Below, piece by piece: positions 1-12,924 of a stretch of DNA of 64,000 nt (position 1 is the first letter of the stretch; each line of letters opens with the position of its first letter). The position numbers were made by a program, and so were the translations under genes. Source of the stretch: Podarcis filfolensis (lineage: Eukaryota); assembly GCA_964270895.1 (NCBI GenBank), contig OZ185440.1; one strand, 5' to 3'. A model generated the notes under the pieces. That model was not told where the DNA came from and did no database searches. It saw only the letters and a list, made by a program, of their open reading frames with translations.

Positions 1-2000
1 TCACAAAAACTCGTACAAAGAGTGTTCACATTTTATTGGAGTCCACCTACACACCTGCATTATTGATAATAAAATCCACACAAAGTAATAGGCATGGGTA
101 GTTGAGTTTTACTAAGATCCCTGCCAAGTGTCAACAAGATGAGTGGCACATTTTATCATGATCCAATGATACATTTGCAACTCATAATAGAGGGCAAAGG
201 AAGTATGAGATTGTGCTATATTACATGAATAAAGATCTGTTGGAGGGGTCAGTTGAAAGAATTTATTATTTAGTGCTTGAGTGTGATAACATTTTATGTT
301 TTTAATTATCAGAGTATCTGCTTTAAAAGGAACAGAAATAGCATTTTTGTCTTGATCAGAGGGTATACCCAAATTGTACTGCAGGGTGTTGTGGCACTCC
401 GACTAAGGAATATCCAACCAGAGAAAAAATGTAGAAACTTCATCAAGAGAACTTAATTTCTCCGAGTTTGATAGCTTAACATTTTGGGGAAAACATGCTA
501 CACTTCCTTGTCTGGATCAAGAACTGATTGCAGTCAGATGTAATTTGATGATGGTGTTAATGAGGAAACAGTTCTAGGTGTCAGTATCACTAGGCATCTT
601 TGTACTGGGCTTCTTTTCACAAAATGTATGATAAAGGAAAGAACTGAACGATCTGTGGCACCTTTACACGTGGGTAGTGAGAGTTGGGTAATGTACCAAG
701 AAGAAATAAGAATGGTGCAGGAGAACATCTTGCAGATAATCTAGCCTTAAATGAATTAGTTAATTTACACAAAAAATAATTCCTTCTTTGCACTCTTCCA
801 ACTCACCCTGAGTTAATTAAGGTTAGAATTAAATAGAAAAAAGTCAGCAAATATCTCCAAGGGCATCAATACTAAGGAAAAGAAGTAAGTGCTGAGAGAG
901 AGAAAGAGAGGGAATATATGCCAGTATAAAAGGTTAAAAGAACGCTGAAAGTTTAAAGTCTTAAGTCAGGAAAAGTTAGTGAAGAAGTAAGCAATGAAGA
1001 AATTTTAAGGTCAGCTTAGAATTGCATTTTAGAACTATTCAGCAACAAATCTAATAAAGACAGTTTTAGAGTCTAATAAAAGTTTGGCTACCATACTGAA
1101 ATGAACAGTGCTCGATGGCATGTGTTGGTGGGTTGTGTCTGTATAATGGGTTCAACTCATATATTCTGAGGGGTTAGAACAGCTCAACATTCTGGCTCAA
1201 TTGGAGAAAGGTGGCTCCCATGGTAGTAGAAAGATAAATTGAAGTGTCGAGGAGATTTGTTTTAGTTTTTGTTCTAAATGCTGGTTCATATGGTGTGAGG
1301 ATAAAAAAAGTACATGATACAACATGAATTATTTTGGTTCTAAAAATGTCCCTTTGTTAAAGGCAACCACCTAATTTTCCACATGATAAGAGTCTGGGGG
1401 TGTTATATCGTAGCCCATATAACTCATTATGATTAAAAAATAGTTCAGTTCTTTCTTAATAGGTATGTTTTGGCTTAGGAATGTATTTGTAAGAAGTCAG
1501 ATAGCTTGGCATCTTATGAATCTGGCCTCCCACCCCAAGGTAACTTGGGTTTAAATATTGTTGTACCCTGAGTCCTGCAGTGGGAGGGGACCTGTTGGAA
1601 GACATAGAGAAAGGCTGACCTAAGTAAACCAATGCTCAGAACTGTCCACAATGCTCTTCTTGTACAATAACACTCCCAAGGAAACAGGAGATGGCCAACC
1701 TTGCACCTTTAGTGCCCTTTCATGGACATGAATTATATCTTATGTTCAGTTGCAAGTAGGAACTAAACACACTTGACTGTCAGTAAAGTTCATATACCAT
1801 CGAATGAATTTCATTCAGCATTTCGACTGCACAGACATAAGTTTCAATCTTTTAGATGAGGCCTTGAAAGAGCAAGATTTTGGGAAAGGCAAACTTTTCA
1901 GTTTAGTGTTCATGCAGGCGTGCTTCCATTTTCAAGGACTTCCAAGTGTCACCAAAAGAATAGAGACAGCGTAATGATGAGAATTAGATTAGAAGTGGAT
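1..2000 (+). mobile_element. Possible decayed endogenous viral envelope-like coding remnant (tentative)
   Basis: Frame +1 has long stop-free runs (544-741, 66 codons; 1777-1971, 65 codons; 1624-1971 has only 2 internal stops). It also has RERKR at 895-909, heptad-like NLIKTVLESNKSLATILK at 1048-1101, and Cys/Trp-rich segments. No homology search was possible. Confidence 0.3.
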
Positions 2001-3598
2001 CAATAGGCCTGACAATAAATGAAAGCAACACAGACATTATTGAGCAGATTAGGAGAGATAAATTAAAGTGGACAGTATATTCTGCAATGCCAGTGCTACA
2101 CAAATGTTGGACGAAGAGAGTTTAGAAGAATAACAACTATTAGGAAGTGTAAGGAAAAAGAAGTAAATGGCTGTAACATTTGAATGATGAAGGGGGAAAA
2201 AACTCTCTGTGCTGTAGTGAATGTCAAACGAATGCTAGGTGCACCAAAATAAATGAATTGTCAATGTGAATAGCACTAGTAGTTTCTTAGAATTTAGTTA
2301 CCTACCATTGATGGGTGACGAGTGCACAGTGACATGCTTAAAGATTAAAATAATTATAAGATAACTTGTTCGGAACATACTTAGTCTAACCACCTTTGTT
2401 AGTTATATGTATGTGAGATCTGCAGAAATAAGGCTTATCTTTTCAGAGCTCATTAGTTGTTCTACTATGAGTTCCAGATCCAGACTGCTCATTTTTCAAA
2501 TTCATTGTACTGTTTTTATAATGTTTCACCTGAGCCAACCTATTCTGAACAAATTCTGTAAATGGTTTTGGACAGGTAAGCTCACCTTTCAGATGTGTGG
2601 GTAGATCATCACATCACAGTGACATGTGCACTCTTAAGTACACAATTATACAAATATGCTTGGAATTCATATCAAATATATGCGAGCAAAGCCAATATTG
2701 CAGCTTCTTAACCAAGATATCAAAACTGTATTTTAGTCAGTATTTTAGTGGAAGAGGATAAAATATTGTAGGAATTTCTACTTTCCCTAATCACAGTACA
2801 GCTCCAATGCCAATTTGAAGAAATGATCACATTCATTTACTTATACAGATGAAGTTACAGGGAGGTAGTTGTGTTGGTCTGCTGTAGTCAAAACAAAATA
2901 AAAAAATTCCTTCCAGTAGCACCTTAGAGACCAACTAAGTCTCTAAGGTGCTACTGGAAAGGTTTTTTTTTATTCTACAGATGAAGACAGTGGAAAGTTT
3001 CCAAGTGATTTGACTAGAGAGCAGTGGACTTCAAAGTGTGTTCCTACAACCCTGGGCAGCTTGCAAACTATTACTTATTTCTCCTTGATCTGACATTTGT
3101 ACCAGCAAGGGGGAGTAGGGGACATTTTAGGGCAGTTTGTCAATTTGCTAGGGATGTCAAACAGGTAGGCCACCATGCCTTGCTGGTGGCCAAGGCAAAC
3201 CGAGAGGCCCTGTAGAACAAATATGCCCCACTCCAATAATCAGGTTTTAACAGTACATAGCACCATGACTGTCAAATCAATGTGGAAAGGCTTCCCTGAA
3301 TGTAGGATATCTGAAATTCACTGGACCATCTAACAAAGTTTTGGAAAACTGTATCTCAGAAAAGCATTGAAACAATTCTTGCTTTTCCTCACTGAAAATT
3401 TGTGCATATATTTCCTGAATCCAAGGGCTGACATTTTCAGAGGTGATGTGAGAACAGCTTCCATGTGGTTGGATTCCACACCTCTCTAGAACCATGTGAC
3501 TTAATTCCTGCCCCCTTTTCTCCTCCAAGCTTTCCCAGTTGGATGAATAGGTCTCTGCTGTTTGGTGTTTGTTTTTTATTGCTTCTTAACACTAAACA

Positions 3599-3959
3599 TG
3601 TGGGTGATGCTGTGGGTAAAACCTCAGTGCCTAGGACTTGCCGATTGTATGGTCGGCGGTTCGAATCCCCGCGGCGGGTGAGCTCCCTTCTTTCTGTCCC
3701 AGCTCCTGCCCACCTAGCAGTTCGAAAGCACCCCTAAGTGCAAGTAGATAAATAGGTACCGCTTTATAGCGGGAAGGTAAACGGCGTTTCCGTGTGCTGT
3801 GCTGGTGCTGGCTCGCCAGAGCAGCTTCGTCACGCTGGCCATGTGACCCGGAAGTGTCTCCGGACAGCGCTGGCTCCCGGCCTCTTAAGTGAGATGAGTG
3901 CACAACCCTAGAGTCAGACATGACTGGCCCGCACGGGCAGGGGTACCTTTACCTTTACC
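3599..3959 (+). mobile_element. Sauria-type (Squam1) SINE with 12-bp TSD
   Basis: tRNA-like B box (GGTTCGAATCCC), typical body and (ACCTTT)n tail. Perfect flanking repeat TAACACTAAACA at 3587-3598 and 3960-3971. Confidence 0.9.
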
Positions 3960-4722
3960 TAACACTAAACACTACTGTTTTAGTTTATTATGTTTTGTAC
4001 ATTGCCTTGAGATATATATGTGAAAGGTGACTGACTGACTGACTGACTGATTGATATATGTTGCCAGAATGGTAATGGGAGCCGTGCAAAAGTAACTTCA
4101 ATGCTGTTCTGGTCATGAAGTGGGCCTCAATGTTTATAGTTCTACTTCCTGGTTCTCTGTATTGTTTTCCTGCAAGTGCTGGTATTGTGTCCAATGGCAT
4201 GAAGCTTCTGGAAGGATAGTTACAGGATCAGTTATTTGTGGTAACAACAAAGCCCTTGATTATCCAAGGCCTCTTTCTCTCACTTTTAATTAACTTCTAT
4301 CTCATTTACTCCTCCACTGTGAAAATAAGGTGTTGTTTTATTTTTATAAAAAAACAACAAGGATGCTAATTTGTGCCACAGAATCCTGCACATCAGTACC
4401 ACACTTTAAATCATATAATAGCCTTTGCCGATGTGTTAAATGCTTCCTTGGTTTGACAAAGGTTGTTAAATCTAAGCAGACATGCATATGTGCATTTTTA
4501 CCACTAAATTAATTACCAACACTCTAACAGAGTGCAAGAGAGAAGGCATTCAAAGGGCTGGGCACGGTACCGGCACATGGCTTCCATCCAAAAGAGTAAC
4601 ATTGAGCCATGTAAGTCATAATTAATTCTATTGCAAATGTCAGAACACTTGCTTGGCATGTCTAAGCTGACCTACGAAAATTAGTCATCTTTCAGCAACT
4701 CCTTTTATCATTTGTTTTTCAG

Positions 4723-4762
4723 CAACAGCGGCAACTTGACCTCTTGACTATAACCAACCCTG
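4723..4762 (+). CDS. AGBL4: Internal coding exon of AGBL4/CCP6 (equivalent to human exon 6), 40 nt, phase 0 in, phase 1 out
   Basis: tttgtttttcAG|CAA CAG CGG CAA CTT GAC CTC TTG ACT ATA ACC AAC CCT G|GTgagt translates to QQRQLDLLTITNP. This matches the recalled human AGBL4 segment QQRKLDLLTITSP, also a 40-nt exon. Splice sites are canonical and the position upstream of BEND5 matches the known arrangement. Confidence 0.9.
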
Positions 4763-7700
4763 GTGAGTAAGCCACAAGGCTCAGCTCTTTTTATGTTTTC
4801 TTAAAGAGATGGTTGTCTGAATGTGTCTCTTTCTCCCCTCCCTGACATGCAAAATGAAAAACACTGTTCACCAGAAAATCTTTAACATAATAACAACTGA
4901 CAGCTATATTGTGCTTGGTAAAGCCGCGGGCAGTTATCCGTTCACAGAGCTGCCTCTTCAGACCTTTACTCTGTGAATTTGAGTGCTGATATTTCTTTAA
5001 GCCTCCTGGGGTTACTGTTAGTGGTATGTCTGCAGGGTAGATATGCTATAATTCACAATGTATGTTCAAGTATCACAGAAGCATTCCATTTAACTCTCTG
5101 CAGTGGTAAACTTAGATATTTACTAAAGAACAGAGGAAGCCGATATTATCATTGCTCACTGCTGGAAAGAGAGAATGTGTTTGTCATCTTGAAAAATATA
5201 TTATTAAAAAATACTACATGAAAATAAAATGTTTCTGAAAACCGCTTTCTGAAGAACATACTAGCATGGCTATTATTAAGTGCTACTTGTCCGTTTAGTA
5301 CGGTGGCGATTAATCATGCCAATAATGTTCATACTAGTTTTGTTTGTTTCCTGCTAAGTGCTCAAAACAACAGAATTGGCCGTGTGGGGTGAAGGCTGGA
5401 TGACTCTGCTTAGCAGACACGGGATATTGCAGTAGCTGCATGGCACACCCCATTCTGTGTCGTCGTAGCTAAGCATTGGAGTAAGTCTGAGTTGTGGGTA
5501 ATAAATAGAAAAAAACTGAAAGCTGATACCATGTAGCATTAATGGCAAGGATCCAAATCCAAAGCATTTGGCTTCTTCTGTTCTACTCTGAGAGCATGGT
5601 GATCATGGTGCATTGGAGGATTAGAGCTGAAGAAGGCTATTGCAGCCCAAGGGAGATCCCTTGAGACCTTGTATTGTCTTGTGCAAAGCTTCTGGCATAT
5701 ATTGCTGCCACCTCACCAAAAAGAAAACTCCAGCATAGAACAGAGGCAGTGTGGTGTTACCAAGCCTACACATATCTCAGGTTACGCCTTATGTTTTAAC
5801 AGATCACTATATAGGTGTAATATTTTGAGATCTTGGGTCTAGAGAGGTAGTGTGTCATGAAGAAGTTGTACTGTAGTCCTATTACTAGGGAAAATTAGCA
5901 AGGACCACTGAATAACAATTTAGGTTTTAAAAAAAGTTTATTATAACAAGTACCAAAAGAATCAGAAGGTAAAATGCTGATGCTGCTTGAGACTCCAAAA
6001 TGGGATAATCACAAAACTTAAAATGGTAACAGGGCTATATACAGACTGAACAACTCCCATGTGAGCTGGGTCAACAGCTTATTTGCTGCTATAAATGAGA
6101 TAGATGGAGGCAGGGAGCGTTATGGTTGACGTGTGAGAGTGGAGAGTGGTACTAGGGGTCTTGTAAACTGCATGGGAGCCTTAGATGTACCAGACTGAAC
6201 AAAAATGATGGGGTTTGGGCCTCGTGAGGGAAGAATAATCAGTGTCATTTGTGAAATAGAAGAGAGAGAAGTAAACAAGAGTTACAGATATGACTACAAT
6301 TCCAAATGGCCCCACCCAAGCCTGTATGTCGGGGGGAGGGATAGCTCATTGCACTCAAAAACTTGAACATACAAAATTGCCTTAGTATATCCAATACTCT
6401 ATGCTCTGTCTTTAAAAACTCATTTAAACATGAAAATGTAAGATTATCTCCATTTCATTAATTTGTGACTCACACATGGATAATTTTCAGGTGGCTTTCA
6501 TTTCTGCTAGAGCTGTTTTATTGTGTCAAATTATAGATGCAGTTCTGCATTGCTCAGTTAATTTTTCACTGGTTAGAAAATAATATGTTAACCTTCCTAG
6601 AGTTAAATGGGATGATATGTGAGATTTACTGTATTTCTCCTTTGATTGAGGCTTGCTTTCCTCCATACCACTGCCTAGGAAACCGCCGTGCAAAATTAGA
6701 TGAAAAGCAAAGCTTCAGGATGTGTTTTTGGGGAAAAGTTGCTTAAGAACAAATTCCACTATTAAAACTCTCTGAAAAGCCATTCCTATTACAGTCCTGA
6801 ACATTCTGGACGCTTCTGACTAATTGAAGCATGAAAATAATATGAACTCAAAGTCATGAAGCTATAATACACCTATTAGTAAAAATGATACAGGGTAATA
6901 AAATGTGACAGAAAGTTGTTCACCACTGAAACTCATGCTCCAACTATTCTTAATAGGCCATGCTAATTATTACTACATTGATTCTGATCAAAGTACACGT
7001 CAAGGGATCCTGGCTGAGTTTTCAAACAACCACACATAATTACTCTTCATGTTTGTTGGTGAGAGCTTCATAGGCTGTTGTATTTTAAAATGAATTCTTA
7101 CATATCTTCCTATTAATGACAGTCTGCGCTGAAGAAAATATAATAATGCTCAGAAGAAGAGGGCAAATAAATTAGCAGGTAGGGAAGTACGTTAATCTGT
7201 TTGCGAGGTTAAATAGTAATTCTGGAGATAATGTTTACACAACTCTATGGAAGCTGGGAAGAGGGATTAGTTTTCAAGGCTAGTAGATGAGACCTTGGTC
7301 TTATGCATGTATTTTCTCGGACGTACATTCCACCAATATCAAGGGGATTGCAGCCCTAAGCCATTACTGCTCATGTAATCATTACATCTTAGTTTTCCTG
7401 TTTTTAATCAGCAATGGTCTGCTTTGCACAAACCGCTGCTGGGGTGGTAGACCTGTGTTTGGACTACACCAATTCAGACTGCTGGTGAGGAGCTGAATGC
7501 TTCTTTACTGGGGTGGGGATAATCCCTACACTCTAATCTGGCACCCTCCATATGTTGTTTGACTACAGCTCCCCTCATTCCCAGCCAGCATGGCCAATGG
7601 GCAGGAGGATTATGGGAATTGTAATCCAAAACATCTTGAGGGCATCAGTTTCGGGAGGGCTGCTCCATTGGTTCTCGGTCTGTGCAGGTCTCATATAGCA

Positions 7701-10700
7701 CGAATGGCACAGCTGGAACAGCTGGGATAATGCCATCATGGAGTTTTCTAATATCATATAATTTCTGAGATAGCAAAAGTAACTTCTGATACTGTGCCTC
7801 ATCTGATTTACCTAATTCCATGACCAGATAAAGTAGTAGCAGTGGAACATGAAGAAGTATCCTAATAAATCCCAACAGACTACAAAAATAGCATCTCAGT
7901 AACTTAGTTCAGCAAAATACTTAAACCTGCTCTGAAATATTGATTCTGGCATTTTTATCATCCACGGGATACGAAAAGATCCTGGGCCTTTTCAAGGGAA
8001 ACCTCAACCATGTAAGAGAATTCACAATAGTATTTATTTATTTATTGCGTTAATATCCTGCCTTTCCTCCACAGAGCCCAAGGCAGCATACATGAGTCCT
8101 CCACACACACCCTCCCATTCATTCTCATAACAACCCTGTGATATATGCTAGGCTGAGAGATAGCAACTGGTTCAGAGACATGGCTGAGATACAGCAATCC
8201 CAGTTGTTCTTTTTCCAAGGTTGCCTCCTATCATGATCCAATATTTGTGTGTCCTTCAAATGAATCCTGGCTGCCTGCAGAAGAATATTTTCACAGTAGA
8301 AAATCAGCAGGCAGGTGTACAGAGGGGGTGGAACAGCAATACCTGGGGAGCAGAGGTTAGGCTTCTTTTTTAAAGCCATAAACGGAATGATTTATTGTGT
8401 GACAGCTTCCCAGTTTCAGGTGCAGAAATGGCCTTTTCAATCCTTGTAGCCTCTGTTCCTCATAGCTTTGCATCATTTTGTATATGTCCACCTAAACTTC
8501 TAAAACCTCTGCCAAATTATAAGTGTACTCTGTTTACACAGCAGAGAAATATCCTATGCGAAAAGAGCTGCGTGGGGGCTATTGCCAGGTTCTCCTATGC
8601 CATTGCTTGTTTGTCCCCTCATGCAGGATATTCATATAAATTCTCCTCCTAGCAGCCATTCCGTTCTGTCACAATCAATTGAGCAAAATGGAGATCCAAC
8701 AGCTATGGACTCCCACCCTATTCTTCCATCTTGTTTGTGCTCTACTGCATTATCATGCTTCATTGCCTCTGTTCTTCAGACCAGCTTTTGCATCTTCCAA
8801 ATCATGATTCCAGAATAAGTCTTTGCTGTTTACATAAGCTCCCTTCACTGGACTCATATTCGAAACAGGAGTTTTATTTTATTTGGGGGTCTGAGGCTGA
8901 AACCTGACAATATGTTGTATGAATATTCACATCTTGAAGTACTTGACCTTCATCTACTTATGTCTATCCAGCCTAAATTATCTTTTCTCTTGTATCATCA
9001 GTCTTTCTCCAAAATAATTTGTATGCTTAGATGACTGGATGATACTTACAATTTTGCAGCAGTTTTAAAAACTAGATGGTCATATACAAAGTGATGCAAG
9101 CCTTGCTAACGATACAATCCAGTATTTTGCTGTGGTAGGCAGACAAATCAGCTACTCTGGAAAGGAGCTTCTATGCATCCCCACAGAATATATAGGGATA
9201 TTATATTTTCTCCTCAGCCCCCCCCCATCTTTGTTTTCTGACTAAATATGAGACTCTTCTTTAACCCAATTTCTAGCATAGCGACTTTCGTTGCTAGGTG
9301 TTATTTTAAAAATAGGAATTATAGCAGAGCTGCTTGTAACACTGTAAGATTGGTCTTTTTGCTTGCTTAACATTTAGTTTTGGTGCACACACACAGTATA
9401 TAGGAAACCTGAATATTAAGTGTGTGCGAGTGTGTTTTTTTCTGTCGGGAAATGGTTTTTCATCAAGTTAAATAAAAACCATAGAGAAGGCATTTGAAAA
9501 GCTAACACCATTACTTTTGAAATCTTTCTGCAACACCTTATTATTATTCTAGGTCACTGTGATGTTTCCATGCACCTTGGCATGTCCCTTTAATTGGATC
9601 CTTGCCTACGAAGGTCCAGCATAGTTGCATTGAAAGCTGACATTTCCAACTAACTGACCTTTTCAGGCCCAGTGATACTTCTATAATGATTATCCCCTTG
9701 CATTGTTTGGACACAATACCACATACTTCACAGCACATAAAGAATATGGTCTTTGAAAACTATTCAAAATTTCCAATCTCAAGTTAGCAAAATGAGAAAA
9801 TTGGGTACAAACATTCATCAGAAGTGTTATTGTGCAGGTATCGATTTGAATGCCCTTTCATTTCTCTGGGAAAAAGTGTTGTAGTATAGAGTTCTAAATT
9901 AACTTTTGTTCTGTTTTTTTTTTCTCCCACTAACTATAAAAAGGTCAAATTCATTCATAAGCCTGAATAGATTTGCTGGATATAAGCAATAAGATAACAA
10001 TCAACCTTCAAATAACCTTTAAAGAGACAGTATCTTCCTCTATGAACAATAATTGATCTACTCATTAAGCAGGAGGGAATTCTTTCAGGCTCACCTAAGC
10101 AAAAAAAATGTATAGGAAAAGGACACTATCTAAAACAACAAGGAAATGAAGTTTTAATATCAGAAATGGTTTAATTCTGCACATGTCAGTGACGTCAAAG
10201 GCCTGTTCAGACCTTTATATATTAGAAATAAAAGCCTATATTGCTGGGTCATGGATGGAGATATTACATGTTGAGAAAATATAGAATCTCTTAGTATAGA
10301 GATAGTTGTTACTGTCTACACACTTCATGAAAGACCAAAGGAATGTATAAGCCCTTGACTCATTTCCTGATCTGAATGTGCCTCCAGGGGAAGAAATGGT
10401 ATCTGAACAGGCCACTAAACAACAAAAGGTCACGGTTGTTGTGGTGCACATATTGCCTTTTCAATAGGACAACAAAATAATGAGAATTCTCTGACTATCG
10501 AGTGTTTTGGAGAAGGAAATGGGCTCATTTCTCCTTTCATTCAGGTCCATAGTGGCAGGAAGGTGCTAAGATAGTGGCACATTGTCACTTTCTTTTCACA
10601 CTTAATGGCTAACTTTTAAAAGTGACCACTCCTTTCTTCTGATAGTACTCACCTTTGTCTAGTCATGGTAAATCAAAACTCCTTAAGATTTGTAGACATC

Positions 10701-12180
10701 AAATCAGTGATACCATGACAGGATCTCATGAAGCTTCCTTGATAGAATACATTGTGTTCATCTAGTCCAGTATTGCCTCCACTGTCAGTGACTCTTCAGG
10801 GTCGTGGGTCTCTAATGTCTTTTTACTGAAGCACTGTAACAGCCCACAGGCATAATTTCAGGATTTCTGTTTTAATGTTCGGCTTAACGTTTTACTGTAT
10901 TTTTATTGCATTTGGATGCTATGTACTGACCTTTTGCTTGCGTTTCTATTGTTATAATTTGTGTGAACCACTTAGAGATTTTGTTATATTAAGCAGTATA
11001 TGAATTATTAAAATGAATGCAGATAAGCTGGTAATGGAACAAGTGAGGAACTGCATTTTGGGGGGCAAAGGCAGCTAAAGGTAGCTGAGATGGATGGATT
11101 AATGTGGGCAGCTGTGGCTGTGCTACATTATCTTTTCCAAACATACGGTATGGAAAGTTCTGATCACTGTTCTGATCACTAGGTCCATGAAAGCTACTCT
11201 TCTTACTATTTTGTATCCTTCATAAGTAAAAGGACCATTTTTAACCTCATAAAGGAATAAGATGACTAAAGGAATAAGATGACTAAAATGTTCCCGTTCC
11301 TTGATGAAGTATATTTATGCATTTGCAAGGCTCTCTATAAAGTACTAATAATTAATATAAAAGCTTTAGTGTCCACTTATAAATTTTGCCAGGAAATTTT
11401 AAGAATTATGCTCTGTCAGCCCTTTCTTCTTTTTTTACAAAATGAATACTTAGCATTACCATATTCCATCTTCGACAAATAAGTGTGACATTTTTAATGA
11501 TTCATTTAAGTTGCCGGCGGGGGTGGGGTGGAGAGAAAATGAAACCTTTGAGGTACCAAGAGATGTAAATGTTGTTTTTCCACATTTTATGATTCCCAGA
11601 TGCCTCCTCTAATTGCTTTGCTAACCCCAAGTTTATGAAGTTATTTTCCAGAGTCAAACTCATTTGTATACATGTCAGAATATAAGCTGAATTTTAAAAA
11701 TAAGACCTCTGGATTAGAATTCAGGAATGATAAACAAATTCATTTTGAATGTATTTGCATGCAATTTACATGTGACAAAATGCACCAATATGCGCCTTTC
11801 ACATACAGGTCCAGCATCTGTTTAACATGATGGAATAGCATGAGGGGATTTTGTGTTGCTTTATAAAATCAAATAAAATGATGGATGCTAAAATTCAATG
11901 AGTAAAAAAGACTGGTGAGGGTAGATAAGAGTGTAGGGAATCTATGAATACTAGTTGCATCATCTGCAGCTTTCAGAATAGAGATTTTTGTACCAGTTCT
12001 ATACCTCTCTATTGCCATAGAATCACAAGGCACTTATTATTTATTTCCTAGAAGTAAATAATACTTCTCATGCCTCATACACTTTAAAAAATGGGCCTCT
12101 TTTTCTCTTTGAATTAATATATATGAAAAGATGAAATGATGGCTTCTGTTTGGAATAGCTCTAGAAATCTACAAACTTTG

Positions 12181-12202
12181 GGATGGATGGATGGATGGAT
12201 GG
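12181..12202. repeat. (GGAT)n tetranucleotide repeat
   Basis: Direct reading. (GACT)n also occurs at about 4029-4050 and (TTTG)n at about 22520-22543. Confidence 0.9.
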
Positions 12203-12924
12203 ACAGAATTTACTCTTTGCAAAATAGGATTAAAATGCATCATGTGCTTAAAGTAGGGTTGCCATATTTCAAAAAGTGAAAATCCATACAGAAAAGTTTT
12301 TGAGGTTTTTTTTTGGGGGGGGAGCTTTTTTTAGTTTTGCACTAGCTTCACTTAATTTTTAAATACCACTGTGTGTATTTGAAATGTTTACATAGTGCAG
12401 ATCCAAAAGCAATTTGAGATTATTTTCTCCGTACTGAAACTCTACAAGGTCCAAATGTAAATTGATAGTACTTTAAGAAATAAAGAATTATAAAGAATTA
12501 ATAATCACAAGTGACAGTGGGGATTTGGATACAGATTTTGTAGGCCCATAGAATTTATATGCGTAGAAACTAGTCTGCTAAAGCAGACTTCGCATAAACG
12601 AAGTTTAAAAATAATTATTTCCTATCCCCCCCACCAAATATGTCTCTTGCTCAATTCAGGTCTGGTGACATACGTACAGCTACATAGTGTTCTTCAAAGC
12701 TGTATTTAAACAGTTGATTGGTCACATAATATCAGTAAGTTACCAGGTTGTGAAGAGATTCACAGGTTCTAACCCCAAAGGCTGAGGCAGTTTGTGCTTC
12801 ATGTTTCATTCAGTGCCACACCAACACAGTTTGAAGCCTGCATAGTGCCTTCCCCTCCTGCTAGGGCCATCACTTTAAAATAATAATAATAATTAGTAAT
12901 TATTTTACTATTTTTTAATTATTA

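Noticed and set aside
112-372. Minus-strand 86-aa ORF, and a DFII motif nearby suggesting Gypsy integrase
   Set aside because: No zinc-finger or DDE motifs in register. The coding-like signal is stronger on + frame 1, reported as a tentative finding.
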